Assembly: GCA_041685955.1 (NCBI GenBank)
Contig: JAWLET010000002.1
Span: forward strand, 1 to 46,713
Direction of reading: 5' to 3'
From: Desulfobacteraceae bacterium
GTDB taxonomy: Bacteria > Desulfobacterota > DSM-4660 > Desulfatiglandales > Desulfatiglandaceae
DNA: 46,713 bases
The notes below the pieces were generated by a model. It was not told where the DNA came from. It saw only the letters and a program-made list of their open reading frames with translations, and searched no databases. The translations under genes and the position numbers were made by a program. Position 1 is the first letter of the stretch. Each line of letters opens with the position of its first letter. Shown here piece by piece: positions 18,935 through 28,363 of this stretch.

Positions 18935-19158
18935 GCCTTTTTCCGTTTTGAACGAAGTTCGGAAAGCCCCGTTTCTATCTCACGCTTGGAGAAGGTCTTT
19001 TTACACTGGGTGCACTCATACTTCTCCTCTATTATCTTGTCGTAGATCAGATGATCGGAGAAATTGACTCCGTGAAAACGCAGACAGAAATTATAGACCA
19101 GCTTGAAATCCCTGTTGGAACAGTTGTCACACACAAAGTAATCCAAGATATCGCCCAT
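18931..19158 (-). CDS. Small zinc-ribbon-like protein (hypothetical)
   Basis: 75 aa with paired CxxC motifs (CDNC ... CTQC) and a basic tail. GGGAG lies 6 nt upstream of the ATG. Its stop codon overlaps the rng stop. Confidence 0.55.
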   Translation of the reverse strand: MGDILDYFVCDNCSNRDFKLVYNFCLRFHGVNFSDHLIYDKIIEEKYECTQCKKTFSKREIETGLSELRSKRKKA

Positions 19159-19207
19159 TGAGTACTCCCTGTATAGAATTCACGATTGCGGATTGTCGAA
19201 GGCTGAT

Positions 19208-19236
19208 TTGTACCCTTTTTTGCTGTTTTTTACAAT
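19208..19236 (+). promoter_or_regulatory. Candidate sigma70-type promoter in the AT-rich spacer
   Basis: TTGTAC (19208-19213), a 17-nt T-rich spacer, then TACAAT (19231-19236). It would place a transcription start ~60 nt upstream of the small ORF at 19306. Confidence 0.35.
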
Positions 19237-19305
19237 TCCTTTTTTGCCCATAAAAATGCCGGAAATCGTTATTACCCATTAAACCCTGACCCTCAAGGAG
19301 GCAAC

Positions 19306-19401
19306 ATGGACCTTCGAATCTTTGACCCTATGGATGCCCGCGAACTTCGAAAATATATTCAATTGTTTTGTAAATGGCGTTTTTATCTAAATCATAAGTA
19401 A
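19306..19401 (+). CDS. Candidate 31-codon small ORF (MDLRIFDPMDARELRKYIQLFCKWRFYLNHK)
   Basis: A consensus Shine-Dalgarno AAGGAGG lies 5 nt upstream of the ATG at 19306, and the stop TAA is at 19399-19401. The candidate promoter lies upstream. No homology was recognised. Confidence 0.3.
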   Translation: MDLRIFDPMDARELRKYIQLFCKWRFYLNHK

Positions 19402-19594
19402 AAATTTGGCCTGAGAGAACCGACTTCCAATACTTCCCAGGTAAAATTTGCCCCGCTTGAGTCTGGTATTTGTACCTTGTAAGACATTTGTCCATTGATT
19501 CATCCCCTGAAAGATGCTAAGGGGGAGATCCCCAAAGGGACAACCAGATTGTATTTCTCAGGTCAATTTAAACCACTGAAAGGAGTTTGTTCAT

Positions 19595-21604
19595 ATGACC
19601 TCGAAATTGGATATGCTGTGTGTGAATACCCTGAGGATGCTGTCGGCCGACGGTGTACAACAGGCCAATTCAGGGCATCCCGGCATGCCCATGGGGGCGG
19701 CCCCTGCAGCCTACGTGCTCTGGACCCGTTTTCTGCGCCATAATCCCCTAAATCCCCGATGGCCGGACAGGGACCGCTTCATTCTTTCGGCAGGTCATGG
19801 ATCCATGTTGCTCTACAGCCTGCTGCATCTCAGTGGGTACGATCTAACCCTGGAAGACCTCCAACACTTCAGGCAGTGGAACAGTCGTACCCCCGGCCAT
19901 CCGGAATATTCCATTACGCCCGGTGTGGAGATTACCACCGGACCCCTGGGCCAGGGGGCTGCCGGTGCCTTGGGTATGGCCATGGCGGAGCGTTTTCTGG
20001 CCGCCCATTTCAATCGGGACGATCATGAAATCGTGGGCCATTTTACTTTTGCCATAGTCAGTGACGGGGACCTGATGGAAGGGGTTTCACACGAGGCCGC
20101 TTCCCTGGCGGGTCATCTGAGGCTGGGGAGATTGATCTATCTGTATGATGACAATCATATCTCCATTGAGGGAAACACGGACATCGCTTATACGGAGGAC
20201 CGGCTGGCCCGATTCAGGGCCTATGGCTGGCACGTACAGGCAGTGGAAAACGGCAATGACCTTGAGGCCATTGATGCCGCCATACGTGCAGCCCAACAGG
20301 AGCAGGAGAGGCCTTCACTGATTGCGGTGAGAACCCATATCGGATACGGCAGCCCCAACAAGGTGGACACCGCTGCTGCACATGGCGAGCCTTTGGGGAC
20401 TGAGGAACTGGAATTGACCAAACAACGCCTGGAGTGGCCCGGGACTCCCGCTTTTTTCATCCCGGATGAAGCAAGGGACCATTTCCGCCGGGCCGTTGAA
20501 CAGGGAAAAAGGGAGGAGCAGCAGTGGCAGGAGCGGTTGAGCGCCTACCAGGAGGCCTATCCCGAAATGGCCCAATCATGGGAGCGATGCATGGACCGCA
20601 AACTCCCTGAGGGATGGGACAGGGATATTCCCATATTCCAGCCGGACGGTAAAGGAGAGGCCACCCGGGTTAGTTCCGGCAAAATATTGAACGCCGTGGC
20701 CGGTCATATCCCCAATCTGGTGGGCGGATCGGCCGATCTGAGCCCTTCCAACAAAACCGAGATCAAGGGGGAAAAAGATTTTCAGGCACATTCCTACCAC
20801 GGGCGGAATCTCAGATTCGGGGTAAGGGAGCACGGTATGGGGGCCATCCTCAACGGTATGGCCCTGCACGGGGGGGTAATCCCCTATGGCGGGACCTTTC
20901 TGATATTTTCAGACTACATGCGGCCTGCCATTCGTCTGGCAGCCCTGATGCGCTTGAAGGTCGTCTATATCTTTACCCATGACAGCATCGGCCTGGGTGA
21001 AGACGGCCCCACCCACCAGCCCGTAGAGCACTTGGCCGGGTTGAGGGCCATTCCAAACCTGACAGTGATTCGACCCTGTGATGCCAATGAGACGGCCCAG
21101 GCGTGGCGAGTGGCTCTGAAGAGTGAAGGGCCGGTGGCACTCGCCCTGACCCGGCAGGGACTCCCGGTCATTGATCGGTCCCCATACGCCGACGCCAGCA
21201 ATCTGAGATCAGGGGCCTATGTGTTGAAGGAGCCGGTCCATGGGAAACCGGATGTAATTCTGATCGCCACAGGCTCGGAGGTCCATCTGACCCTTAGTGC
21301 GGCAGAAAAGCTGGATGGGGAAGGAATCAGGACCCGTGTGGTGAGCATGCCGTCCTGGGAGTTGTTCGAACAGCAGCCCGATACCTACAAGGACCAGGTC
21401 CTGCCCCCTGATATAAAGACCCGCATTGCCGTGGAAGCCGGGGTGACCCAAGGGTGGCATCGCTATGTAGGAGATGCGGGGCATATCATCGGGCTGGACC
21501 GGTTCGGTGCTTCAGCACCCAATGGGGTGTTGTTTGAAAAGTTCGGATTCACTGTCAGGCATGTGGTGGAAGCCGCACGGGCCCTGGTCCAAAGCAGGGC
21601 ATAA
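19595..21604 (+). CDS. tkt: Transketolase
   Basis: 669 aa with an N-terminal TPP motif ([23 protein letters not shown]) and a transketolase pyrimidine-binding/C-terminal region. AAAGGAG lies upstream of the start. Confidence 0.95.
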   Translation: MTSKLDMLCVNTLRMLSADGVQQANSGHPGMPMGAAPAAYVLWTRFLRHNPLNPRWPDRDRFILSAGHGSMLLYSLLHLSGYDLTLEDLQHFRQWNSRTPGHPEYSITPGVEITTGPLGQGAAGALGMAMAERFLAAHFNRDDHEIVGHFTFAIVSDGDLMEGVSHEAASLAGHLRLGRLIYLYDDNHISIEGNTDIAYTEDRLARFRAYGWHVQAVENGNDLEAIDAAIRAAQQEQERPSLIAVRTHIGYGSPNKVDTAAAHGEPLGTEELELTKQRLEWPGTPAFFIPDEARDHFRRAVEQGKREEQQWQERLSAYQEAYPEMAQSWERCMDRKLPEGWDRDIPIFQPDGKGEATRVSSGKILNAVAGHIPNLVGGSADLSPSNKTEIKGEKDFQAHSYHGRNLRFGVREHGMGAILNGMALHGGVIPYGGTFLIFSDYMRPAIRLAALMRLKVVYIFTHDSIGLGEDGPTHQPVEHLAGLRAIPNLTVIRPCDANETAQAWRVALKSEGPVALALTRQGLPVIDRSPYADASNLRSGAYVLKEPVHGKPDVILIATGSEVHLTLSAAEKLDGEGIRTRVVSMPSWELFEQQPDTYKDQVLPPDIKTRIAVEAGVTQGWHRYVGDAGHIIGLDRFGASAPNGVLFEKFGFTVRHVVEAARALVQSRA

Positions 21605-21670
21605 CTCCTGGTTCAGGGTGTCGGGGTTTGCCGCTTTAAACTGAAAGTACTCAAACCTCGATACCCCGTA

Positions 21671-23758
21671 TCAAACAATATAGACCGGTTCCCTCAAGAT
21701 AAGCCCCACACTTTCCCCTGCAACTGCGGCCAGTTGAGGGTGGGTTTCATGGAGGGCGGCCACCTGTCTCAAATGGTCGGCGGTCCTCATGATCAGAGAG
21801 GCCATATCGCCTTCGGTGATGGGTACAAACCGAAGGAGTGCTTCCCAAGACGCCCCTCCGGCCCACATAAAAAGAGCGGCAGCCGGCCAGAACATCAGCG
21901 GCGGGCTCTTGAAGCCTCTGCTGTTTTTCAAGGCCTGGATATCCGCTATGTGCGCTATCAGGTTGTGAAACATCCCTTCTACGAGAGAAAGATCCGGTGC
22001 GGCGGCATCCATTCTTATGTCCACTTCCTGGTCCCGATCCCACACAAAAGGGGCCAGGCCGGCTGCAATGGTCTCAGGAAGGATTTGATCAAAGGCCCCG
22101 GTGCGTATGGCTTCGGCAATCAACAGGGGCTGATCCAATCTAAGATTGCTGGCCCATTGGCCGTCAAAGGTCAGTCGCTGGGTCTGGTCCACAAATCCGG
22201 TTTGTTTTAAAAATTCGAGATGCCGCTTGAAACTGACCCATAACTCCCTGCCCGAGTCCTTCTTCTGAAATGCCGCAAATGAGCGTTCCAGGAGGTCTTT
22301 CACCTCAAGCGGGGCGTGGGAAAGGAGGAGGTTGAGGGTCATGGAAAAATTGATGCGAATTTGACTCATGAGGGGATCCGGCGGGGAGTGCTCCAGATGA
22401 TGAATGATGTAGGGGTCCTGATACGGGCCCGGGATCACCATTGCAAAACCGATGCGGTCCTTCCCTCTCCTTCCGGCACGTCCGATCATCTGGTGAAGAT
22501 CCGTGGCCCTCAAATTTACGAATTCATGGCCGTTAAACCGGTCGCTCTGAAACAGGACCACGGTGCGGGCAGGGAAGTTGACCCCGGCGGCGACAGTGGA
22601 GGTTGAAAATATTGCTTCCAAGAGACCCTGGTTCATCATCCTTTCCACCAGGACTTTCCAATAGGGAAGCTGGCCCCCGTGATGGGAGGTGACCCGCGCA
22701 TCCACCAGGGACCGCATCTGCCGATGGCCCCGGAGATGGGGGTAGTCCTTGAGAAACGATTGGATGCCCTTTTTTAACTGCTGTTGGGTTTCCTCGGATT
22801 TGCGCACCGGCGGACAACTCCGAAGGGCGCGATCGCAGTCCGCCCGTGATTTGAGGAAGAAGATGGCCGGCAGGAGATCCAGTTTTCTGAGACACCTTAA
22901 AATTCTTCCATAGTCAACCTTTTCAAACCGTCTTTTTTTCCCCCCGGTTGATTTTAAAAATCGTTTGACCTTGGGGTTCAATCCCTTTTTTGTCCCCAGG
23001 GAGGTAACCAGTCCGCTGGGGAAAAGAAAGAGCGATTTCAACGGCACAGGTCGTTCCTCGGAGCGGACCACCCGGGGCGATGTACCGCGGATTTGTTTCA
23101 ACCAGGCGCAAACCTCTTCTGCGTTGGATATGGTGGCGGAAAGGAGAAGGAGCCTGATGCGCGGGGGAAGGTATATGAGTACCTCTTCCCATACCACTCC
23201 CCTCTCAGGATCGCTCAGGTAGTGGGCCTCATCCAGCACCACCACATCGGTATGGAGGCTCAGGCCGCTGTGCATGGCGTCATAGAGCTGATTTCTGAGG
23301 ATCTCCGTGGTGCCCACGATGATGGGGGCATCGGGGTTTTCCTTTCTGTCCCCTGTGAGGATCCCACACTGCTGAGCCCCAAATTCATGGATAAGTTCCT
23401 GATAGATTGAATTGGAGAGCGCCTTGAGGGGGGACGCATACCAGGCCCTGAGGCCGTCGGCGCGATACGCATGGATGGCCTCGGAAGCGATCCAGGTCTT
23501 CCCCGATCCGGTGGGGGCAGTGACCAGGACATCGCATTCCTTCAGGTGATCCACGGCTTCCCGCTGAAATGGATCCGCCGTAAAAGGTTCCTGCTCCGGG
23601 GCCCCGATTTTCTGAAAGGCGGGGCTTAACCCGGGATCGATCTTGGGTCTGGCGTAAGGGACGCTGTGCTTACGACGTTCCTTTTTCCCCTGAGGGGGAC
23701 GTTTTGGCTTGCGATAGTTTTTTTTAGGTGACAAGGGTCTCTTAACTCTGCCGGCCAT
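21671..23758 (-). CDS. Ski2/HelY-like DEAH-box helicase (superfamily 2)
   Basis: 695 aa. Motif I is TAPTGSGKT, motif II VLDEAHY, motif III LLSATISN and motif VI QMIGRAGRRGKD. There is a lysine/arginine-rich ~45-aa N-terminal tail. Confidence 0.9.
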   Translation of the reverse strand: MAGRVKRPLSPKKNYRKPKRPPQGKKERRKHSVPYARPKIDPGLSPAFQKIGAPEQEPFTADPFQREAVDHLKECDVLVTAPTGSGKTWIASEAIHAYRADGLRAWYASPLKALSNSIYQELIHEFGAQQCGILTGDRKENPDAPIIVGTTEILRNQLYDAMHSGLSLHTDVVVLDEAHYLSDPERGVVWEEVLIYLPPRIRLLLLSATISNAEEVCAWLKQIRGTSPRVVRSEERPVPLKSLFLFPSGLVTSLGTKKGLNPKVKRFLKSTGGKKRRFEKVDYGRILRCLRKLDLLPAIFFLKSRADCDRALRSCPPVRKSEETQQQLKKGIQSFLKDYPHLRGHRQMRSLVDARVTSHHGGQLPYWKVLVERMMNQGLLEAIFSTSTVAAGVNFPARTVVLFQSDRFNGHEFVNLRATDLHQMIGRAGRRGKDRIGFAMVIPGPYQDPYIIHHLEHSPPDPLMSQIRINFSMTLNLLLSHAPLEVKDLLERSFAAFQKKDSGRELWVSFKRHLEFLKQTGFVDQTQRLTFDGQWASNLRLDQPLLIAEAIRTGAFDQILPETIAAGLAPFVWDRDQEVDIRMDAAAPDLSLVEGMFHNLIAHIADIQALKNSRGFKSPPLMFWPAAALFMWAGGASWEALLRFVPITEGDMASLIMRTADHLRQVAALHETHPQLAAVAGESVGLILREPVYIV

Positions 23759-23911
23759 GGTTTACCCGGTGAAATTCCCAACAGAAGCGGCCAAACCGTA
23801 TTTCACAGGGCCAATCGGAACCAAGGCGACGGGTGTCTTTGTTTTATTTGGAGCTTTCTGACAACAAGGCTCACACGGTGAAGGCTCCGGTTGACTGAGC
23901 TGGAAGCCTGT

Positions 23912-25531
23912 TCAGGCCACCAGTTCTGCGGCGACCCGGTCCATATCTTTGAGGTTTCCCTCCGTGCCCCGGCCCAGGTCGAGAGCTTGAAGGAGACCGG
24001 CGAGTTCATCGATGCGCTGTCCACAGCCCCAGGTGATCCGGGTGCCGTTTACAAGAATTTTCTCCATTGTCTCCCTTGCAAACAGTCTGGCCGCAGCCTT
24101 CATGAATCCGGAGCTGCGGGTTTGATTCCCCTGATAGACCGCGGCTTTCCGGCACAGGGCATCGGCCACTTCGACCCACGTGATCATATCCGCCAGGAGA
24201 AACATGACATACTGGGACTTGGTCAATTTGTGCCGTCGGGCATTCAGAATGACCTGGTTCATGGTTTCTATGGCCTGTGCCAGCAGGGGGCCGCCGGTTT
24301 CCGGAGTCATCCCGGCCAATTCCGATCCCATCTGTTCGTAAAACTGCCCCTTGGAGCGGACGGTCTCCCGGAGGCGGAACATGGCGATGATATTCCGCTG
24401 AATTTCACTGGTGCCCTCATAAATGGGCAGGATCTTGACGTCCCGCTTGATTTTTTCCACCTCGTATTCCCGCATGTATCCGTAGCCGCCAAAGGCCTGT
24501 ATGGCATCATTGGCCATGGCATCCCCGGCTTCGGTGGTAAAATACTTGGCAATGGAGCCCTCCACCTGGAGGTCTTCCTCATCGGTGTCGAGTCTTCTGG
24601 CCACCTCCTCTATATAGGCCCGCGCCGCTTCCAACTGCACCGCATGGGGAACCAGGAGCTGGTGCGTATACCCCTGCTTTTGCGCAAGGGGGGTCCCGAA
24701 TTGGATGCGCACTTTAGCGTACTTGACCGTCCTTTCCAGTGCAGCCATGCCCCCGCCGAGGCCAAAAGTAGCCACCATAAGCCGGGTATACCCGAATACC
24801 TGATTGGCCTGTTTCAGTCCCTGGCCTTCCATACCGCCCAAAAGATCCTCCTGGGGAACATAAAGGTCCTCCAGGGACAGGGCGCAGGTGTTAGATGCCC
24901 GGATTCCGTGCTTGTCTTCGTGGTTTCCGGGCACCAGACCTTCTGCGCCGCCCGGAACCACAAAAAAGGAGGGTCCTTCCGGTGTATCGGCCAGGATGGT
25001 ATATAGCTGGGCCACGCCGCCGTTGGTGATGAATTGTTTCTGTCCGTTGAGCCTGTATCCTTTGATTCGGCCCTGTTCATCCAGGACCCTTTCCGCCTTG
25101 GTTTTAAGGGACTGGACATTGGAGCCGGCTTCGGGTTCTGTGACCGCGTAAGCCACCACAAGTCCTTCCTCTGCGATCCGGGTGATATACTTTTCCTTCT
25201 GCTCTGGAGTGCCGCTTACCCTGATGGGGTCCATCCCCAGGCAGATGGCCAGAAAAGAGGTGGCCACGGCCAGATCCATCTTTGCCATCCGCTCTGATAT
25301 GAGGGCGATTTCAGCGGCCCCGGCCCCGAGTCCGCCGTAGACCTCGGGGATAAAGATGAGATGCAGGGCGATATCAGGTCCCAGCATGAACCGGATCAAA
25401 TCGGCGGGAAATTCTCCCTTACGGTCCATTTCCACCTTGGTTTCCAGGGGCAGCCGTTCACGTTCCAGTTTTTCAATGGTGTCCAGGACCATTGACAGGA
25501 TCTCAGGGTCCATTTTGCGTTCCAAGGTCAT
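23912..25531 (-). CDS. Acyl-CoA dehydrogenase with a ~140-aa C-terminal extension
   Basis: 539 aa. ACAD blocks are present (AYAVTEPEAGSN, QFITNGGVA, IYEGTSEIQ with the usual catalytic Glu position). GGAGGA lies 6 nt upstream of the ATG. Confidence 0.9.
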   Translation of the reverse strand: MTLERKMDPEILSMVLDTIEKLERERLPLETKVEMDRKGEFPADLIRFMLGPDIALHLIFIPEVYGGLGAGAAEIALISERMAKMDLAVATSFLAICLGMDPIRVSGTPEQKEKYITRIAEEGLVVAYAVTEPEAGSNVQSLKTKAERVLDEQGRIKGYRLNGQKQFITNGGVAQLYTILADTPEGPSFFVVPGGAEGLVPGNHEDKHGIRASNTCALSLEDLYVPQEDLLGGMEGQGLKQANQVFGYTRLMVATFGLGGGMAALERTVKYAKVRIQFGTPLAQKQGYTHQLLVPHAVQLEAARAYIEEVARRLDTDEEDLQVEGSIAKYFTTEAGDAMANDAIQAFGGYGYMREYEVEKIKRDVKILPIYEGTSEIQRNIIAMFRLRETVRSKGQFYEQMGSELAGMTPETGGPLLAQAIETMNQVILNARRHKLTKSQYVMFLLADMITWVEVADALCRKAAVYQGNQTRSSGFMKAAARLFARETMEKILVNGTRITWGCGQRIDELAGLLQALDLGRGTEGNLKDMDRVAAELVA

Positions 25532-25653
25532 TTGTTGTCCTCCACAATTGATGTTTGAACATACCGATTTTCTGCGCTCTTTTAAAGTCCGGTCAGTTCC
25601 AAGAGCGGAAATCCTGGATGAGCACGGCCTGCAGGGTAAATGAACGCCTGTGC

Positions 25654-25683
25654 ATTATTGAATTTACCTGTTGCCTACGTCAA
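25654..25683 (-). promoter_or_regulatory. Candidate sigma70-type promoter for the acyl-CoA dehydrogenase gene
   Basis: On the minus strand: TTGACG (25683-25678), an 18-nt spacer, then AATAAT (25659-25654), ~115 nt upstream of the ATG at 25531. Confidence 0.4.
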
Positions 25684-25887
25684 GCGGCAATTCCCAATTA
25701 TAAGTGAAAAACACCGTCAAGACCCATAATGGTTATGGATTCCGCCATAAGACGGCAAGAGCACTGGAGCAATTTGGATTGACAACCGCCAGCCGATCTG
25801 GAATGTTATCTTTTAGATGCGTCAGCCGAACACACAACCTTCTACCTGATCAATGCCTTTTGGCCGGGATGGATCCCATAAGTGGTC

Positions 25888-26577
25888 ATGAAGCTTTCCA
25901 TTATTATTCCATGTTATAATGAAAAACCGCACCTTGCCGAATTGCTTTCACGGGTAAAGCAGTCTCCGGTCCCAAAGAAGGAAATTATTCTCGTGGATGA
26001 CGGTTCTGATGACGGGACCGACGCATTGATCAGAGATCAACTCGCACACGAGGTGGATAAAGTGGTCCATCACCCCCAAAATATGGGGAAGGGAGCGGCC
26101 ATTCGATCAGGCCTGCCCCACGTCACCGGTGATGTGGTGATTATCCAGGACGCCGATCTGGAATATGATCCCATGGTCTATCCCAGGCTCATGGCCCCCA
26201 TTGTGGAGGGAAAGGCGGATGTGGTCTACGGTTCCCGGTTTCTGGGAGAAGGTCCTCACCGGGTACACCTGTTCTGGCATTATGTGGGGAATAAATGGCT
26301 GACCCTGTTTTCCAATATGTTCACCAACCTCAATTTGACCGATATGGAAACCTGCTACAAGGTGTTCAGAAGTGACATCATCAAAGGAATCCCCATTCGA
26401 CAGAATCGATTCGGGATTGAGCCTGAGCTTACGGCCAGGATCGCCAAAAAGAAATGCCGTGTTTATGAAGTGGGGATCCCCTATTATGGAAGGTCCTATG
26501 CGGAAGGGAAAAAAATCGGTTGGAAAGACGGATTGAAGGCCATATATGTTATTTTAAGATACGGACTATCCCCTTAA
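25888..26577 (+). CDS. Family 2 glycosyltransferase (polyprenyl-phosphate sugar transferase-like)
   Basis: Starts [12 protein letters not shown], then VDDGSDDGT and the DXD-type motif QDADLEYDP. The track ORF begins at a GTG two codons upstream of this ATG. Confidence 0.9.
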   Translation: MKLSIIIPCYNEKPHLAELLSRVKQSPVPKKEIILVDDGSDDGTDALIRDQLAHEVDKVVHHPQNMGKGAAIRSGLPHVTGDVVIIQDADLEYDPMVYPRLMAPIVEGKADVVYGSRFLGEGPHRVHLFWHYVGNKWLTLFSNMFTNLNLTDMETCYKVFRSDIIKGIPIRQNRFGIEPELTARIAKKKCRVYEVGIPYYGRSYAEGKKIGWKDGLKAIYVILRYGLSP

Positions 26578-26750
26578 TTTTCTTATGCAAAATCCGCTTG
26601 ATTTCAAGGGATGGATGGTTAAAATATCGCTCTCAGCGGCCATGAGGCTTTTCAGCACCCGTGTCTTTAGGGGCACGTGGCGCTGTTCATGGGGGGAGAA
26701 CATTCCGAGGGTCTCTTAAAGTAGGCCAACTTCATGAAGAGATATGCCCA

Positions 26751-26951
26751 ATGGAAAACAATATCAGTAAAATCGAGGAGTTGAAGGATCAAGTCATTCT
26801 TCTGATCGAAAGCCTTGAAGCGGATTTCAAGCACTACTCAGAAATGCGGGACGAAGAGCAGACAGACTTTATTGCCGAGGCCGTTGATTCACTGAGGGAT
26901 GTTGAAGAAGGCCTTCAGAATGCCTGGTCCAGTCTGGTGGCGTTGGAATAA
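26751..26951 (+). CDS. Small acidic helical protein (hypothetical, 66 aa)
   Basis: The ATG at 26751 lies within the 96-aa track ORF, whose upstream part is Gly/Arg-rich and unlikely to be coding. The sequence is predicted helical (MENNISKIEELKDQVILLIESLEADF...). Confidence 0.45.
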   Translation: MENNISKIEELKDQVILLIESLEADFKHYSEMRDEEQTDFIAEAVDSLRDVEEGLQNAWSSLVALE

Positions 26952-26956
26952 TTCTT

Positions 26957-27106
26957 ATGGCCTATATTGTCTGCAATCAGAAGAAGACCCGTAAAAAGGT
27001 CCATATCCGTGTCTGTGCAAAGTGCAAAGGCATGAAATGCCCGGATTTTCGAAATTATGTGCAGCCTTCCCTGTTCTCATCTTGCGCTCAAAAAAAGCGG
27101 CAATAA
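26957..27106 (+). CDS. Candidate 49-aa basic Cys-rich small protein
   Basis: The ATG at 26957 lies 6 nt after the preceding stop, and the TAA is at 27104-27106. It translates to MAYIVCNQKKTRKKVHIRVCAKCKGMKCPDFRNYVQPSLFSSCAQKKRQ. It is below the ORF-track length cutoff and has no strong SD. Confidence 0.3.
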   Translation: MAYIVCNQKKTRKKVHIRVCAKCKGMKCPDFRNYVQPSLFSSCAQKKRQ

Positions 27107-27145
27107 CACCTCCTGATATGTTCCCTGGGCAGCACGGATTCTGAT

Positions 27146-27172
27146 TTGACACCAGGCGTCCATAGTTATAAT
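27146..27172 (+). promoter_or_regulatory. Candidate promoter of the xseB-ispA-dxs operon
   Basis: Both hexamers are perfect consensus: TTGACA (27146-27151) and TATAAT (27167-27172). The spacer is short at 15 nt. It lies ~50 nt upstream of the xseB ATG. Confidence 0.5.
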
Positions 27173-27222
27173 GTGCTTCATGAGATATACCTGCTGAATG
27201 CCCGACACGTGGGGAGGTGTAA

Positions 27223-27465
27223 ATGGCTGAAGAGAAATTTGAAGAAGCGATGCAGCGATTGGAAGAGATTGTCCAGCATCTCGAAGGGGGGGAATTGTCC
27301 TTGGGCGATTCCCTGAAAGTTTTTGAGGAAGGAATGAAACTGGCCCGGTTCTGCTCCAAGGAACTGGAGGCCGCTGAAAAAAAGGTTACGCTCCTGGTTC
27401 AGGAAAGCGGCGGCGGCATCCGGGAAACGCCTTTTGATATTACTGGAGAAGCGGATGAACAATAG
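27223..27465 (+). CDS. xseB: Exodeoxyribonuclease VII small subunit
   Basis: 80 aa. FEEAMQRLEEIVQHLEGGELSLGDSLKVFEEGMKL is the typical XseB N-terminus. GGAGG lies 5 nt upstream. Confidence 0.92.
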   Translation: MAEEKFEEAMQRLEEIVQHLEGGELSLGDSLKVFEEGMKLARFCSKELEAAEKKVTLLVQESGGGIRETPFDITGEADEQ

Positions 27466-28363
27466 GACAACCTTGGAACTGAAAACCTATTTGCAGGAAA
27501 AAAAGGCTTATGTGGACGCTGGCCTTCAAAAATACGCCCCATTGCCTGAAGGACCGGCATCTCCCCTTATTGAGGCCATGCGATACAGCCTGTTTGCAGA
27601 CGGTAAAAGGTTGCGGCCTATCCTGTGCATCGCCGGGTGCGAGGCCGTGGACGGTGCACCGGAAGCGGTTCTCCCTGTGGCATGTGCCCTGGAGTTTATC
27701 CATGCCTATTCCCTGATCCACGATGATTTGCCCTTGATGGATGATGATGATATCAGAAGGGGTCAGCCCACCAATCACAAGGTATTTGGAGAGGCCATGG
27801 CCCTCCTGGCAGGGGACGGGCTCCTTACGGCGGCCTTTCATTTGATGGCCGGCCTGGTCGATTCATCATCCATTCCGGTCCTTCGGGTCACCCAGACCAT
27901 CCGGCTTATAGCCCAGGCCGCGGGATTTGAGGGCATGGTGGGCGGACAGGCTGTGGATATTCTGTCGGAAGGAAAGCACCCGGATCTCAGCCTGGTGGAC
28001 TACATGCATACCCATAAGACCGGGGCCTTGATCTCTGCTTCCGTGGTTTCCGGAGCCCTTTTGGGCGGCGCCGATGATTCACAGCTTGATGCCATGGAAT
28101 CATACGGAAAGCAGATAGGGTTGGCATTTCAGATCTCTGACGATATTCTGGATATTGAAGGGGACTCCAATGCCATGGGCAAAAAGGCTGGAGCGGACCA
28201 GGCCAAAGGGAAAATGACCTATCCCGCTGTTTTGGGTGTGGCGGAATCCAAGAAAATTGAATCCGAACTGGTCCATAAAGCGGTCTTGGCATTGGATCCG
28301 TTCGATCATAAGGCCGATCCCCTTCGGCAAATTGCCCGATATATTATTGAGAGAACGCGATGA
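27455..28363 (+). CDS. ispA: Farnesyl/geranylgeranyl diphosphate synthase (polyprenyl synthetase)
   Basis: The ATG at 27455 overlaps the xseB end. First Asp-rich motif is [14 protein letters not shown] and the second is SDDILD. Confidence 0.92.
   Translation: MNNRTTLELKTYLQEKKAYVDAGLQKYAPLPEGPASPLIEAMRYSLFADGKRLRPILCIAGCEAVDGAPEAVLPVACALEFIHAYSLIHDDLPLMDDDDIRRGQPTNHKVFGEAMALLAGDGLLTAAFHLMAGLVDSSSIPVLRVTQTIRLIAQAAGFEGMVGGQAVDILSEGKHPDLSLVDYMHTHKTGALISASVVSGALLGGADDSQLDAMESYGKQIGLAFQISDDILDIEGDSNAMGKKAGADQAKGKMTYPAVLGVAESKKIESELVHKAVLALDPFDHKADPLRQIARYIIERTR

Noticed and set aside
23891-25006. 371-aa plus-strand ORF opposite the acyl-CoA dehydrogenase
   Set aside because: It is a shadow ORF of a confidently identified gene, with no start context and no recognisable motif.
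25779-25807. TTGACA-N17-AATGTT as a promoter for the glycosyltransferase gene
   Set aside because: The -35 hexamer is perfect but no acceptable -10 hexamer lies at 16-19-nt spacing, so it is left uncalled.
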